From Phallusia mammillata (taxonomy: Eukaryota), in NCBI GenBank assembly GCA_965637545.1, contig OZ281495.1:8060001-8124000 (forward strand): a stretch of 64,000 nt of DNA, written 5' to 3'. The notes under the pieces were generated by a model. The model had not been told where the DNA came from and ran no database searches. It saw only the letters and a list, made by a program, of their open reading frames with translations. Positions 49,951-62,300 of this stretch are shown one piece after another. Numbering within the stretch: the stretch's first letter is position 1; the number at the start of each line of letters is the position of its first letter. A program made the position numbers and the translations under genes.

Positions 49951-52900
49951 ATGAATTCACGTAACTGCGACCCGCCCAAGATGGAGATGGAGGAAAGTTA
50001 TTATGGTATGTAGCATTTGTTTCATTTAACTTACATAAAGTTAAAGTATAATCCCTTTGCTTGATGCGGACCTGAACGTTTGGTTTTTCTAAGACGATGT
50101 TATGTTAACGCAAAATCAGATCAATTGATTTATAAGCAATTACGCAAACAGGTTACTTTTCTCATCCCAAGAGAAATTCCCGCCCCCTGTTCTCCATCCC
50201 GCCCTTTTAAATGCAGTGTGGTGAAAAATTAACATCACAGACAAAATGCTAACATAGCGCATTTTCGTAAAGACGTCTTTACAATTATTATGGTTTTAAT
50301 AAACGGTCGCTTAACATCTCAACCCGTTTTAACTGTTTAGTTTTGGTGACCGTGTTCTTTGAGATTCTCAGAGAGGCGATTGCATCCTTTCAGTAATAAT
50401 AAAGAGTGACTTGAGTGGTAGGCAAATGCAGAAGAATAGTTGTATTTTACCGTGTTCTTTGCAGAAACGATTCGCAGCATCTCCAAGTGAGTACATAACG
50501 CATTTGCGCAGTACTGAGAACGTAATTCATTAACAAACTTTTAAACAGAACAGATCGCATAAACATCTTTGTTCATTCTTAAGTTAGATATGTCGTGTTA
50601 TCATATTACTGTTGTCTTGTGCTTTGCAGAGAATATTGCCCCACCGGAGCAAAGCACCACCAGAGTGAGAAACAACGAAAGCACAGAAAGCAATCGAAAA
50701 TTGATGTGGTTGAATCTAATCTTTCTACTGCTCATTTTCACTGTCGGATTTGTCGCTCTTCATTTCTCGGTACGAATGGGCAAAAGTTGATTTGACAAAC
50801 ACTAAAAAAGGGTGAAGAACGATAATTGTCAAAATGTGATAAGCTGTTTCTAAATTTTTGGGCCAAAATGGACCTATACTGTCAGCTTTTTACGGATTTT
50901 AAAGTTTGCACTTATTTTGGTTGTTGGGCATTATAGGCAATTTATGCACGTGTTAATAGGCATCAAGGCAAGGGGCCACAACACTTTCAGCATTTATATG
51001 TACCGCTAATCGGATTTGTTTCTTTACACTGCGTCATTTTCTATAAAATATTGCACATAGCACAACAACAGCGAAATATTTTAAAGTTGTTTTGCTCTAT
51101 TCTTACCCCCAGTTATAGGCTTCTAAATCTTAGTGACAATAGGGCCAATATAAAAAAATTGATTGTGCCCTTGCCTGCGGTCTAGGTAAAATGTACTTAA
51201 ATAAATATTTTTCAATACTCAAATATCAATGTAAGGTGGTCAACCTTTTGTAACGACGTAGCCCATATCGGTTTTTAAACGGGACGACATGCTAGCACTA
51301 TAAAATTACATTTGTTTTTCATTAGATTACTTCAAAAGTGGAAAGGGAGTGTAAAAGTGGTGAGATAAGACCATTTCCTTCATAAACTGTGTTATAGGTT
51401 TATATTTTAAAAATTTTTAAACGTTTGCGTTAAATTGCGGGACATAAACGTCCTCAAATACCCTAATTACATATTTAAATGTTTTAAAGCCGTTTTAAGA
51501 TTAACCTCTAAAAACTTATTGCCAGTGTGGCGATATTTTGCACCAAAATGTTTCAACATAATCCAAGCATTGATCCATATTACTGTCGTGTATTCACGAG
51601 TAACTCAACCCAAATGCTTCTTTCATCCAGGAATGAATGCAAACGATCTACAACATCTCAACACTACGAACAGCAACATCAAGTCCATTCAAACGATTTT
51701 GACCGAATTGAAAGGTAAAACTTTGTTAGCATATAGCCTCGTTTTCTTGGCAGTAATTTAAGTTGTGGAGTAGTACCAGCAGTTATGTCATGTCACAATT
51801 TATTACTTTTAAACACAATTTTTATTTGAAATAAATATTATTATTTTTGTTATATTTTTAATATTTCAAACCCAGACCAATTGGAGAAAAATCTAAGCTC
51901 GCTTGCAAGCAGTTTGGAATCAATTCAGGAGCAGCATTCAAGTTATCAAGGTCAGTGTCACAAGCTTGTAATAATCATAACCATCATCCAACAAACGTGG
52001 CTTAACAACCGATGGCTGCGGAATAAAGATTTTAGCACAGTCTTGTGCATTCGGGTGCAACTACCATCGTTTTTGGCCTATGTCCCTGTTAAGTTTAACT
52101 TTTTTGGTTTCAGACTAGACTGAAATGGTGTAACACGAATCACGAAATGCCAAAGGGTCATGTACATCATGTGATTTGCATCAACAAATTTATTGACCTA
52201 ACAAATGGTACAATGTTCCACTTTGATTCTCATTGGGCGAAAAGGCATTGAGCTCAAGCTAAAACCCACCCCAACAGGAAAAGCCCAGCTCGGTTTACAA
52301 CTCTAGTTCACCCGCTGGATTGTCTCCCTTTTTATTTTTTATAAATCGATGACATAACTTTAATTCAGCATACCTCTGGGTTAGAGCAATGGGGTTTAAG
52401 CGTTAGTTTTCTTGAGGAAACACAAGTCCTAGAGAAATAAATACTGTTCGCCTAAAAATAGCACAACACTTTGGCTTTGTTCTTTTCCAAACATTTCCCG
52501 GAAACAAAGAGGACCACGAAAAGTTCACTTATAACACAAACTTGTAAGACTTTTGCAACGCGTATTTCCGTGTTGGCGACGCAACGCAAAGCCTGTCATC
52601 TTCGTTTTTGCTAATCTATTGGTAAGAAACTTTGTAGCACAATATGTCTTGTAAGTTAATTCTTGTCTGTTTCGTTCGTCCACAAGTTATAAAATGTATG
52701 CACAATAAACAGGTGAAATTTTGTAATTTTTTTACGAATTGTCTCAACAGATAACTTGACCAGGCTCTCATTGATCGCTTCAGAAAGGCAATGTCTAATA
52801 CAAAGTAAGTTTGTTACCGTTATAATCAATTTAATGACGTGAGGTGCCAATGAGGCTATCTTATAGCAACAGACAGCAACAAATGTTGGGCTAACAAAAA

Positions 52901-55829
52901 TATAGGTTTAATTTTGTTGAAAACAAATTCTCAACCAAAATTGGTAATCAGCAATTTTTATAAAGCAAACACTTTTTGAAGGTAATTCATTCGTCGATGC
53001 ACTTTCCAATTTCTCATCAAGCATCTTTCAGAGCAGTTTGCCCAATTACTACGAATTTAATTACGACGGAAATAACAATTACAGCATAAGTGATGGTGGA
53101 CATGATATGTATGACACAGGAAATAAGGTACAGTGTTATGTAATTTGGACTCATACGTTTATTGGTTTGAATTTTAAAACGTAGGTGGACAATGAACAAT
53201 AGGATTTGTTATTTTTTTGTTGACTTTGCTTCAAGTGTAAACAGTATTTTTTTAAACATTTAGCTGAAAGTCTGGAGAAACAACGAGACGAAAGTGCAAG
53301 TCATTTACAACTCGACTTATACGTAAGTGCCACTGTTGCAGAACATTTCCACTAGTGATGCAACGAACCCGCCTGAAAAAGGGCCGAAACCAAATATGTG
53401 GACAATATATGACCGAACCTAAAATCTTTTTTTAAAGAATGTTTCTAACTAAACCCTTTATTGTTAATGCAGGTAAACTAATTTATGGCACTTCAAACAA
53501 GTTTTACAAACCGTAAGCCACATAAAACACGAAATATTATGCAGACGACGTGGCTTCCAGACGCATAGATTAGTTAATTTGTGACGTTTTAAGTTGGTGA
53601 CACTGAAGTTGAAAACTTAGTAATCCAGCCCTGTTAAATACGCTGTACCAAATCAGCCAGTTCGGTTTAGGCTAATGGTTCTCAACTGATTCTGATCGCG
53701 TATCAATTCCCGGCTTTTCTATCGTTTCGTACCACCTAAACCCTGTTCGAATGGGTAGACCAAGAAATAGGCCTACTTTTTTGACCCTGCTAACATAACT
53801 CTGAAACCAGCAAGGTTAGCAATTTCAAAAACAATGCTTAGGACACGAAATTTCGAAACCAGGCCTGATCAAAGTGGGTTGCAGTTCTTCATCTAAATAG
53901 AATAAGGTATAGCAGAAATGCACTGGCGTACGAGCGAAAAAGCTCCGCCAGATACTACTAGAGGTTCGCCTACCAAACGTGTCACGGAAAAAAAAAACTG
54001 GTATTACAGGTGTCACGGAAGGTATTACAGGTGTCATTGATGAATGACTTAGTTTGTATAACACGTGTCACTGGCAGCTAATTGTGGCCTTACAAGACAC
54101 GACTCACTAAAAATTGGCTCGGCCTGTGTTAACTTGGCACTGAAATATGACTTGCATGGCAGGTGTCAGTGACGAAAGAATGACATATTAATCGTGACAC
54201 TTTGATCATTATTGACTTCACGCTTTTTTATTCTGTTTATGACTCGAATTCAAAAATGGTTTAAAAGACACAATATATTTCGTTTTGTTTAGCCATCCTC
54301 AAGGCTATTTTTCCATGGTTTGCAAAGCGTTGCACCCATTCGTCTTATCTATGCTGGTGTTAAATCCTGGTGGAAGATCCTGGCAGTATAACATCAAGGT
54401 AACATGTCAATGATACAACGCATACTTTAATCTGATATGTAGGCCATGCTTGTCATTAAAGTATTCCTCAAAGCAGTGTTTTGCAAAGTATTGGCCCCGA
54501 CCTGAAGTTTTGTCGCAAAAAGTGTTCTAGCCTATTGGTATTTTAAAATTTGTAACCTATATAGTAAACCAACTGACAGTGTAGTGCATTCTTGCGACGG
54601 TGTAAACTAGTTTTTCAGCTAACTGCAAACTGTTCAGTTTTCAGTGTAAAAGTGCAACTCAGTGTAATGCAATCAACCCGCCTTAAAGTCGAATTTTCTG
54701 TAAAACATGACGAATAATCTGGGTCGATTCTGGCGTCGGAGTTTTGATGATATCTTCAGTCTAGCAGTTATTACAACTGATTTAAAGGATCCTTAGTCAA
54801 GTTTTTTTGCACTTTGCGACAAAATATACTTAAATAAGAAAGTTCAACGTATTTTATTACAAAAAAGCTGCTATAGAGTGTTTAAAATTAACTATGTTTT
54901 AGGTTGATGTTTTCAAAACATCTGTTGTATTTTTAAAACATGCATTAACAGGAAATGGGTGATTTGGGAGCAGACGGCAGAGGAAACTATAATTGGAGTA
55001 CTGGATCTTTATCCGTCAGATCATTTAACATACAATACGTGTTGTATCAAGTTTATGGAACCAGCGATCCTTCCATCATACAGATATTCTTTGCAGTGTC
55101 AAGTCCAGTACGTAGATACATATATAAAAATTAAACGTGTATATCACAAGGAAATGAATTATTTCAAAGATAATAGAATCAGCTCCAGCAACGTACATTT
55201 GATTGTTTAGATACTTGGCTCGACAGGATCCAGTTCTCTACATTATGTGGATTCGCAGGGAAACACACGAGAAACCGATCACAAAGTCTACATTTCAGGG
55301 ACCGCTCACAACGTCTACTTCAACTATATTCTAATATCCACGTAAGAATTTATTAAGCGCTTTCGGGATATTAGTCATAAAGAAGTTCTGTCTTTAAATT
55401 GTGTGCAAGACGCACAAATGTTTTTTGGGGCCTCGTGTGTGATTTGTAAATCCAAAATGACTTGGAAAACTGAAAGGTTAGCCTTTTAGCTCTTTTCTAA
55501 TTTCCTTTTAAACCTAAGCTAAACACACACGCAATCAACAGGAAAATATATTAAGGCAGACAAATTCAAATTTCCTGCATCTTCCGTCACTACAGGCACC
55601 AATGAGACAATAGTTTATGCCAAACAAAAGGATAATTTACTTCATCTACCGAAACAAAGTCGACGCAATGTAAAAAACGTTTTTTCGAACGATGCTTAAC
55701 GCGATTCATTTTAGTAACGCTCTACGTTTATTGTTTGCTTTTATTCAGCCAATCTAATGTCATTTTAGGTATCCATCGTCTTATGTGCCAACCAGTACCG
55801 TTGAAGCGATCCTGCCACAGATTTTTTAA
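49951..55829 (+). CDS. Gene E: type-1 type II membrane protein with the uncharacterised head, 366 aa, intact
   Basis: Exons 49951-50005, 50630-50769, 51326-51359, 51631-51714, 51876-51950, 52751-52804, 52982-53127, 53264-53322, 54293-54398, 54952-55107, 55211-55341, 55769-55829; 1101 nt, no internal stop. Tail MNSRNCDPPKMEMEESYYENIA; head motifs YSISDGGHDMYDTGN, CKALHPFV, GDLGADGRG, YQVYGTSDPSIIQIFF. Confidence 0.85.
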
Positions 55830-57418
55830 GATTTATTGAAGCAACCGGTCCCAATATACAGCACTCTATTTCAAGCATGCCACGCATCAATATGTCACGC
55901 ATCAAAACATGCTTGTTACAAATATTTTAGAGTGTTTCTTTTCATGCCACATGTGTTTGGATTTTAAACAACAAAATTACACCTGTTTTAGGAAAGTAAC
56001 AGTCAAATAGTAACGCTGTGAAGGTAGACCCATCACCTAAGTTGCTTTGATACCATGAAAAAGAGTTGTGTTAATGTTAACAAAAACTAAAACGCTATTG
56101 AATGCAAAAACACTGATAGTCATGGATACAGATGGTCTAACCAGTGTAATAATGTCACAATTTTAATTGCTGTGAATGTTAAATTAATTTTTAGGTATGC
56201 CAAGTTGTTGTTACATTAAGGCTTTTAAAATAGTCGTAATGGATAGACGCAATTTAAACAAATTTAATGCGTTTTTTAATGTCCCGAAAATGTCCTCATT
56301 AGAAAGCAGACAACGCTTTCTGATGCTATTTTTTTGAAATGCGAGAAAGTTTTGTTGCATATTTAAGTTATTGTGGGTCGACTCTATTTGTAAATTGCTT
56401 TATCGTAAAAAATGTTACGTGTTTATAATTGTGCTGTGGCGACTTCTCTGACATGTTTACATCCCTTTAAATCGGAGCGGGCGTTTTGCCTTTTTCTCGC
56501 GCTCTCGTTATCGCCTTGTAAACGCGTTTTTCCTGTTGCGCGGTTTTCTATCAGTGAACTGCTGTTAAATAAAGCAACTGCTTTAGTAAAAAGTTAAAAG
56601 CATTTGCATTTTCGATTTCAGTGTTTTCCATTTATAAAATTTGCTTACAAATTTAAGATATCGAAAAACAAATTGTCACTCAAGTGTTTACCTTTTGCCG
56701 ATATGTTTGTTCAATAAAGATTGTCGTCTTTTAAATTTGTTTGGGCCGTTATTTTCCTCTCCGAGCTACTGATTAAATAAACTGATATTTTTTGGCGGCT
56801 AAAATGTGACGTTTTTAAAAAAATTAACAATCACTCAGTGTCGTATGTCACAATTGACCGATTTGATTTGTAATTACGTGTCTGTGTTCGAAGTGCGCTA
56901 TAAATAAACATAAATTGCACTTTGATTTAAAATTGACATTTTTTTAGGGTTACCATGGATGAATTCTAACGCAAAACGTGTAAGTGCTCTTGCAAAAACA
57001 GGGTGTTCGTAATCAGGGGTATACGACCGCCTTTTAGGGGAGTTCAAAAATGCTGAATCAATGAGATAGGGGTATAGAACTTAAGTTACTTTTTCCAAAA
57101 AAAATTAGTCACCTTACTAAAGCGATTGTTAAAAACTAACAATGGTTTTGGTCTAAAGTCGTAAGATGGCTCGAATTTCAAGCCTAAAAACACCCAATTT
57201 CTTTTTTTATACCAACGGAAGCCGATGGAAAATTGGCAGGCTAATTTAATCTTGTGCTCAATGTCCAGGAAAACGGTGCAAATGCAAAGATTTCAACAGA
57301 GTTTAGCCACCCACAATATGTAAAACGCAAAAGGACAAAAATCATATCAACCTTTACATTGTATTCATAACTTGAATGGCTGTTTCGTTTGCCCGTGACT
57401 GCAATAGGGCAAACAGAT

Positions 57419-57990
57419 CAGAGCTGCAAGTAGGGCCGGGCTTTTCGAGTCGGGTTCGGGCCGGGTTCGGGCCAGGTTCGGGCTGGGTTCGGGCCGGGTT
57501 CGGGCCGGGTTCGGGCCGGGTTCGGGCCGGGTTCGGGCCGGGTTCGGGCCGGGTTCGGGCCGGGTTCGGGCCGGGTTCGGGCCGGGTTCGGGCCGGGTTC
57601 GGGCCGGGTTCGGGCCTTGTTCGGGCTTAGGTATTTGTGAGAAAACGGGCTTATAACGGGCCTGACTTTACGTCCCGTTTCCGCCATTTTTTTAAGTAAT
57701 GTCACTCATCTAATTAGCAGGTCTCTGGCTTTTACCTGATGTCCACCCCACTCTAAAACGCATTGTTGACCTCATTGTCTACTATTGTTCATTGTGTTTG
57801 TTGTCATTTTATTTTTTCTTTCTCATCCTTTGTTGCAAGGCTTTCGTGGATAGGCATGTCAATCAAAATTTCGGGCCTAAACGGGCTTCTCAAAAACGTT
57901 TCGGGTTTGGGCCGGGCTTCGGGCTTCGGGCTTATACTTTCGGGTTCGGGCCGGGTTCGGGCTCAGATTTTAGGCCCGCTTGCAACTCTG
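57419..57990. mobile_element. hAT-type MITE with internal GC-rich minisatellite
   Basis: TIRs cagag(c/t)tgcaag; perfect 8-bp TSD aaacagat. Decayed relatives at ~4720-4925, 7715-7800, 36620-36790, 49420-49480, 52255-52305, 61840-61925. Confidence 0.9.
57452..57627. repeat. 11-bp tandem array (GGGTTCGGGCC) x15 plus one degenerate unit
   Basis: Read directly; only two of the 15 units carry substitutions or nearly so. Confidence 0.95.
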
Positions 57991-58529
57991 AAACAGATAG
58001 TTTAGAAGTTACACGAAAGTTATAAAAAAAACATCTTTTTTTTCTCCTAAAATGTTGCAACTGGTAATTGAAATGAAGGTGCATTTTAATAAACAAGAAG
58101 CTTTCTACTATTTAAACAAATCCGAAAATGTATGCGGGCGCAACTGAAACAAACCAATCCGTGCTATCAGAAATATTCAGCTTTTCCACTACAGCGTTTT
58201 TTTTTGTTTTTTTTTTGTTTGATTCGTCACGGAAATCTGACACTAATGGGCGACAGAGAGCGTAAGTGAATATTATTACAGCTAAAATAATAAATAAAGA
58301 TGGTAAAACAAGCTAACCGCAATGCAAAAATATTTTAATGATCGACGTCGGACTATGTACGAAGTCTAAACAAATTACGACAAAAGTGTCAGAGGTCTGA
58401 CTTTCCTCAATCCATGACAAATTACGCCACTAATCTAGCTACTAAGTGGGGTAAAATCCTGGGACGTATTTGCCGTCAGAACAGACCACAAAGCGTGGTA
58501 CGGGTCATGACCTTTTTTACTTGGTAAAG

Positions 58530-58840
58530 GCCATAAAGGATCTACTTGCCGGAATTACGGTATTGACTGGATACGTGTACTCTCTGCAAGCAAAATTACG
58601 TGGGCCAAACGAAAAACACAGCTTCCATAGGATGGAACTCACACAGGTCTACATGGAACGCATGCAACCTTTTTGCATCAACAACAGGGTAGCAATGCTC
58701 TTTCATTACCATCTCAACCATCCGACGGTTTTAAAGAAAGAAAAAACGGTATCGAGCAATGCTTTCAAGTGACGTTCTGTTACCAAACCCTAAAATGTAT
58801 CTTGGTACAAATGCTCCAACCCAATCCGTAATAATCTAAA
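58530..58840 (+). mobile_element. Penelope-like GIY-YIG relic, copy 3
   Basis: TCRNYGID..[frameshift]TCTLCKQNYVGQTKNTASIGWNSHRSTWNAC. Confidence 0.7.
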
Positions 58841-58841
58841 A

Positions 58842-59096
58842 CAGGGGTCGGCACCCGTTTTGTACTGCGGACCGGCTTGGAAACTAAAATTTTATCGCGT
58901 ACCGGCTTTTAAAAAAACAACAACAAATACTCAGCAATAAAATCGCCTAAATTAGTTTATCGTTCTCGGGATACATGGACAAAATGTTTCAAAGCATTTA
59001 ATTTAAAAGCAAGCATTTTCTAAAAAAGTATACGGCCCGGTAACGAACTGATCGCTAACCGGCACCAGGCCGCGGACCGGCGGTTGCCGACCACTA
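58842..59096. mobile_element. hAT-type MITE upstream of gene F
   Basis: TIRs (c/t)ag(g/t)ggtcggca; TSD atctaaaa/gtctaaaa; same family as 47574-47805, opposite orientation. Confidence 0.85.
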
Positions 59097-59395
59097 GTCT
59101 AAAATATTCTCCGACACTACATGGCGACAGAGAGCCAAAGTCATAAAACTCTACGTTAACTTTATACATTACGGAATTTATGTTTGCATGCCTGACGGAA
59201 AAACACCAGAAATTGCTGAGTCAGCACTTTTTCAAGGAAGCGAAAGTACTTTTCAAAACACAAATCGGTATATAAAGCAGAACGCGCTGTAACTAAGTCG
59301 GAATCTATTCTTTATATGACCATAGTAATACATACTGTGAGCTATATTGATTCAAGTGAATAGTGAGCTTAACACGCAGCTGCCCGAGATTTACA

Positions 59396-62300
59396 ATGGC
59401 TACGTCGGACAATGACACGCCTGGAATTCCGATGGACTTTTTGCGAAACGGTACGTAGCAGTTTTCTATTCCTATTTGCACGAAAGAGTACATAACGTAG
59501 AAATACCGAAGTTATATAGAAATAAATTGATAAACTTATACAACAAAACTGAAAAAATTGTTGTGCACAAAGCAGTAAAAACTGGTTTTCCCACAAAACA
59601 AAATGTTTCATAGGATAAAAATAACGAAATACATACTAAATTTCGCTATTTTTGTTGCAATCTTACTTTGCAAAATCTTTTTAGGCACTAATTTTGTTTT
59701 TCTTAGCCCGGCATTTTATACATTTACTTTCACCATAATACCCCCAGGACAATATTATGAAGTGACATATTTTCCTGTCAGTAACGTCACTTACAATGAT
59801 AATTTGATATTTGCAAATTTCGGCTTATCATTCAAATTGCAGTAGTTTAGGCGATAATTTCGTTCCGTCATATCGTTTGCAGAAACGGATCAAGGCATTT
59901 GCGAGATAAAACACAACGAAACACGCGAAAAGAAGCTGATGGAAGCATTAAAAAGTGTCCAAAGAAATCTGAAGCTGATGTGGTTGTGTCTTCTCTCCAT
60001 GCTCATGATTTTCGCTGTCGGATTTATAGCTCTTTATTTTTCGGTAAGATTGGGTAAAGTTTAATTAACGTTTAGAGCCAAGATCAAGATCTTAATTAAT
60101 ACGGGTGTTCAAAATTCGACAACAGTGCTAGAGTTGGAATAATAGTAATCTAACGCAAGAATTTGTGGGTAGATCACCATCGATAGTTACACAAAAAAAT
60201 CTATACTGGAATGCATATCTACCTCTGCAATATGCGGTAAAACTAAGACTAAACCATTAGAGCTGTAAAGAAAGATGGTGAATTTGTAGTTCATTTGAAT
60301 GTCGTGTACTGGTTTACAAATAGGACTAAATTCGCATTCATTTCAAATATGTTTGATTTACTTGTTAGATTTCTGCGAAATTGGAAGTTGAAATCAGAAA
60401 AGGTAATCACCAATTAACATTGACAAATCAACAACTTTCTGGAGCTTCTTTTGATGATGAATTCAAAATCCCGAAAGGTATGAAATCTAAACGCATTTGA
60501 CTCTTGTTTCAATCACTTAGTCCACTTCTTATGAAAAGTAAAAGAAAAATACAAATATATTTTACAAACAGAGAGTTAAAAATATGTAAAAGTGAAAACA
60601 TTATCGTTTAAACAGACTGTTTAAAAACAAAATGAACGGTTCCGTTTTTGTTTAACTCTGTTGCAAAAATTTCACTTTACAGGCGATGTACAGATTTACA
60701 TGCGAAAAATGGAAAATGATTTCAAAAACTTATGGACTCAGAATTCCAAATTTCAAGGTAATTGTTGTTTTACCTACTTTTTCGCTTCAGTCTGGTTGCA
60801 TTAATTTGTCTGCTCATTCTGTGAGGTCTGGTTTGACATTTAAACTCTAGCTTTCCAAGACAAGTTGTAAGTTTAGCCAGGTTTTTTAGACTAGTTCGAT
60901 TTTGGGTTTCAGTTTGAATAAAACGAGCTTGACTCGGACACGTCGGCAACATTTGTGTCATCATTTTACTTTTCATTTTGGAATAGGTCTAATGCGACCT
61001 GTATTTAATAAAAATAGGGTTTGGGATAGCTTGCAAATCTGCAAAGTCAGCAAGCAAAAAAAATCAAATAAATTTATCGTTGAGTGTAATTTTGTAAGAA
61101 TTCACGTTTTTAGATTTGATTCAACACAACTTGACGGCGATTGCTGACGGTTTGGCGAGACTAGAAAACGCTTCAAGAAACACAGAAGGTAACATGAAAA
61201 ATACCGTTTTGATATAGGTCTGGTAGAAAACCAGTAAAAACAGACCCACCTATGATAGTAATTAGCTGTGAAATCTGTAAATCCAGAAACCAATAAAGTA
61301 CATTTCATACCAATGTAAAGTTGTGTGTCATTTTTTTTGTTAATTTGCTACACCTTTTAACTTAATTGGAGCCAACTTAGCCCACTCCACTCTTAACTGG
61401 AAATTGGCTAAGATTGAACTCCGTGACATGAAAGGTAAACTTGATTATGATAAATTTCCTACTGTGCAGTGTTAAAAAAGCGTATGTCTTAACATGTTTA
61501 ATAACAAGCTGGTTAATTTTTTTCATGTACTTATAGATACTGTACACCACAATCTAACTGAAATTGTCGGCATATTAAACAAAAGAGAAAATCAAGCAGG
61601 TAATCAAAACATTTAACATTGCTTACATTAAATAGTTGTGCTTCTTGGATGTTCACATATTACACTTTGTGCGTAAAACTACTTCAAAACTGCCAAATGC
61701 CGTCTTATAACTTCGCCATTTTTTCAGATTTCGTTCAACACAACCTGTCCGTAATTACTAAAAGCTTGGTTAGACTTGAAAGCGGTGTAAGGAATGCGGA
61801 AGGTAACATTAGGTGTTACAACAGTTGTTTGACGCAGTGTTGTAAGTCGGACTGGTTTCGGGCCAGGTTCGGGCTTGGGTTTCTTAAAAACGGGCTTGAT
61901 TGCGGCCTCACTTTACACTCTGCGTCAGTTTTTTTATTTAACTAGCTAAGTAGTCAAATGCTGGACCTGACCTATTGTCAAACAGCCCTAAAACGCCTTG
62001 CTTAAAACCAATTGTCTATTGTGTTTATTGTCGTGGGTCTTTTCTAAGGTTTTAATGCAGTAGTTCTCAAACTGTGCGTCTTTCCATTTTCGAAGCTGGT
62101 GCGTCGCAAGTCCAGAAAACTTTTTCAGAGGCGTCGCTACAAAAAAGTTTGAGAGCTACTGCGTTAATGTATACGCCTACAATCAGACTTTCGGGCTCAA
62201 ACGGGCTTCCACAAAACGATTTGAGTTTGGACCGGGTTTCGTGCTTGTAATTTCGTGTTAGGGTCTGGTTCGGGCTCCAGTTTACAACTTGGGTTCGACG

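Noticed and set aside
57452-57627. CRISPR-like array
   Set aside because: Head-to-tail 11-mers with no spacers, in eukaryotic DNA.
57376-57705. Repetitive ORFs (GPGSGRVRAGF)n and (PEPGPNPART)n
   Set aside because: Translations of the 11-bp minisatellite inside a MITE; no splice or promoter support.
59883-60043. Gene F as a DAP12/FcR-gamma-coupled activating receptor
   Set aside because: No Lys, Arg or Asp inside the TM segment of any paralog, so adaptor pairing is unsupported.
60445-60477. In-frame 33-nt micro-exon ASFDDEFKIPK in gene F
   Set aside because: Good donor, but a GAG acceptor and a 42-nt upstream intron (shortest clear intron here is 55 nt); left out pending junction reads.
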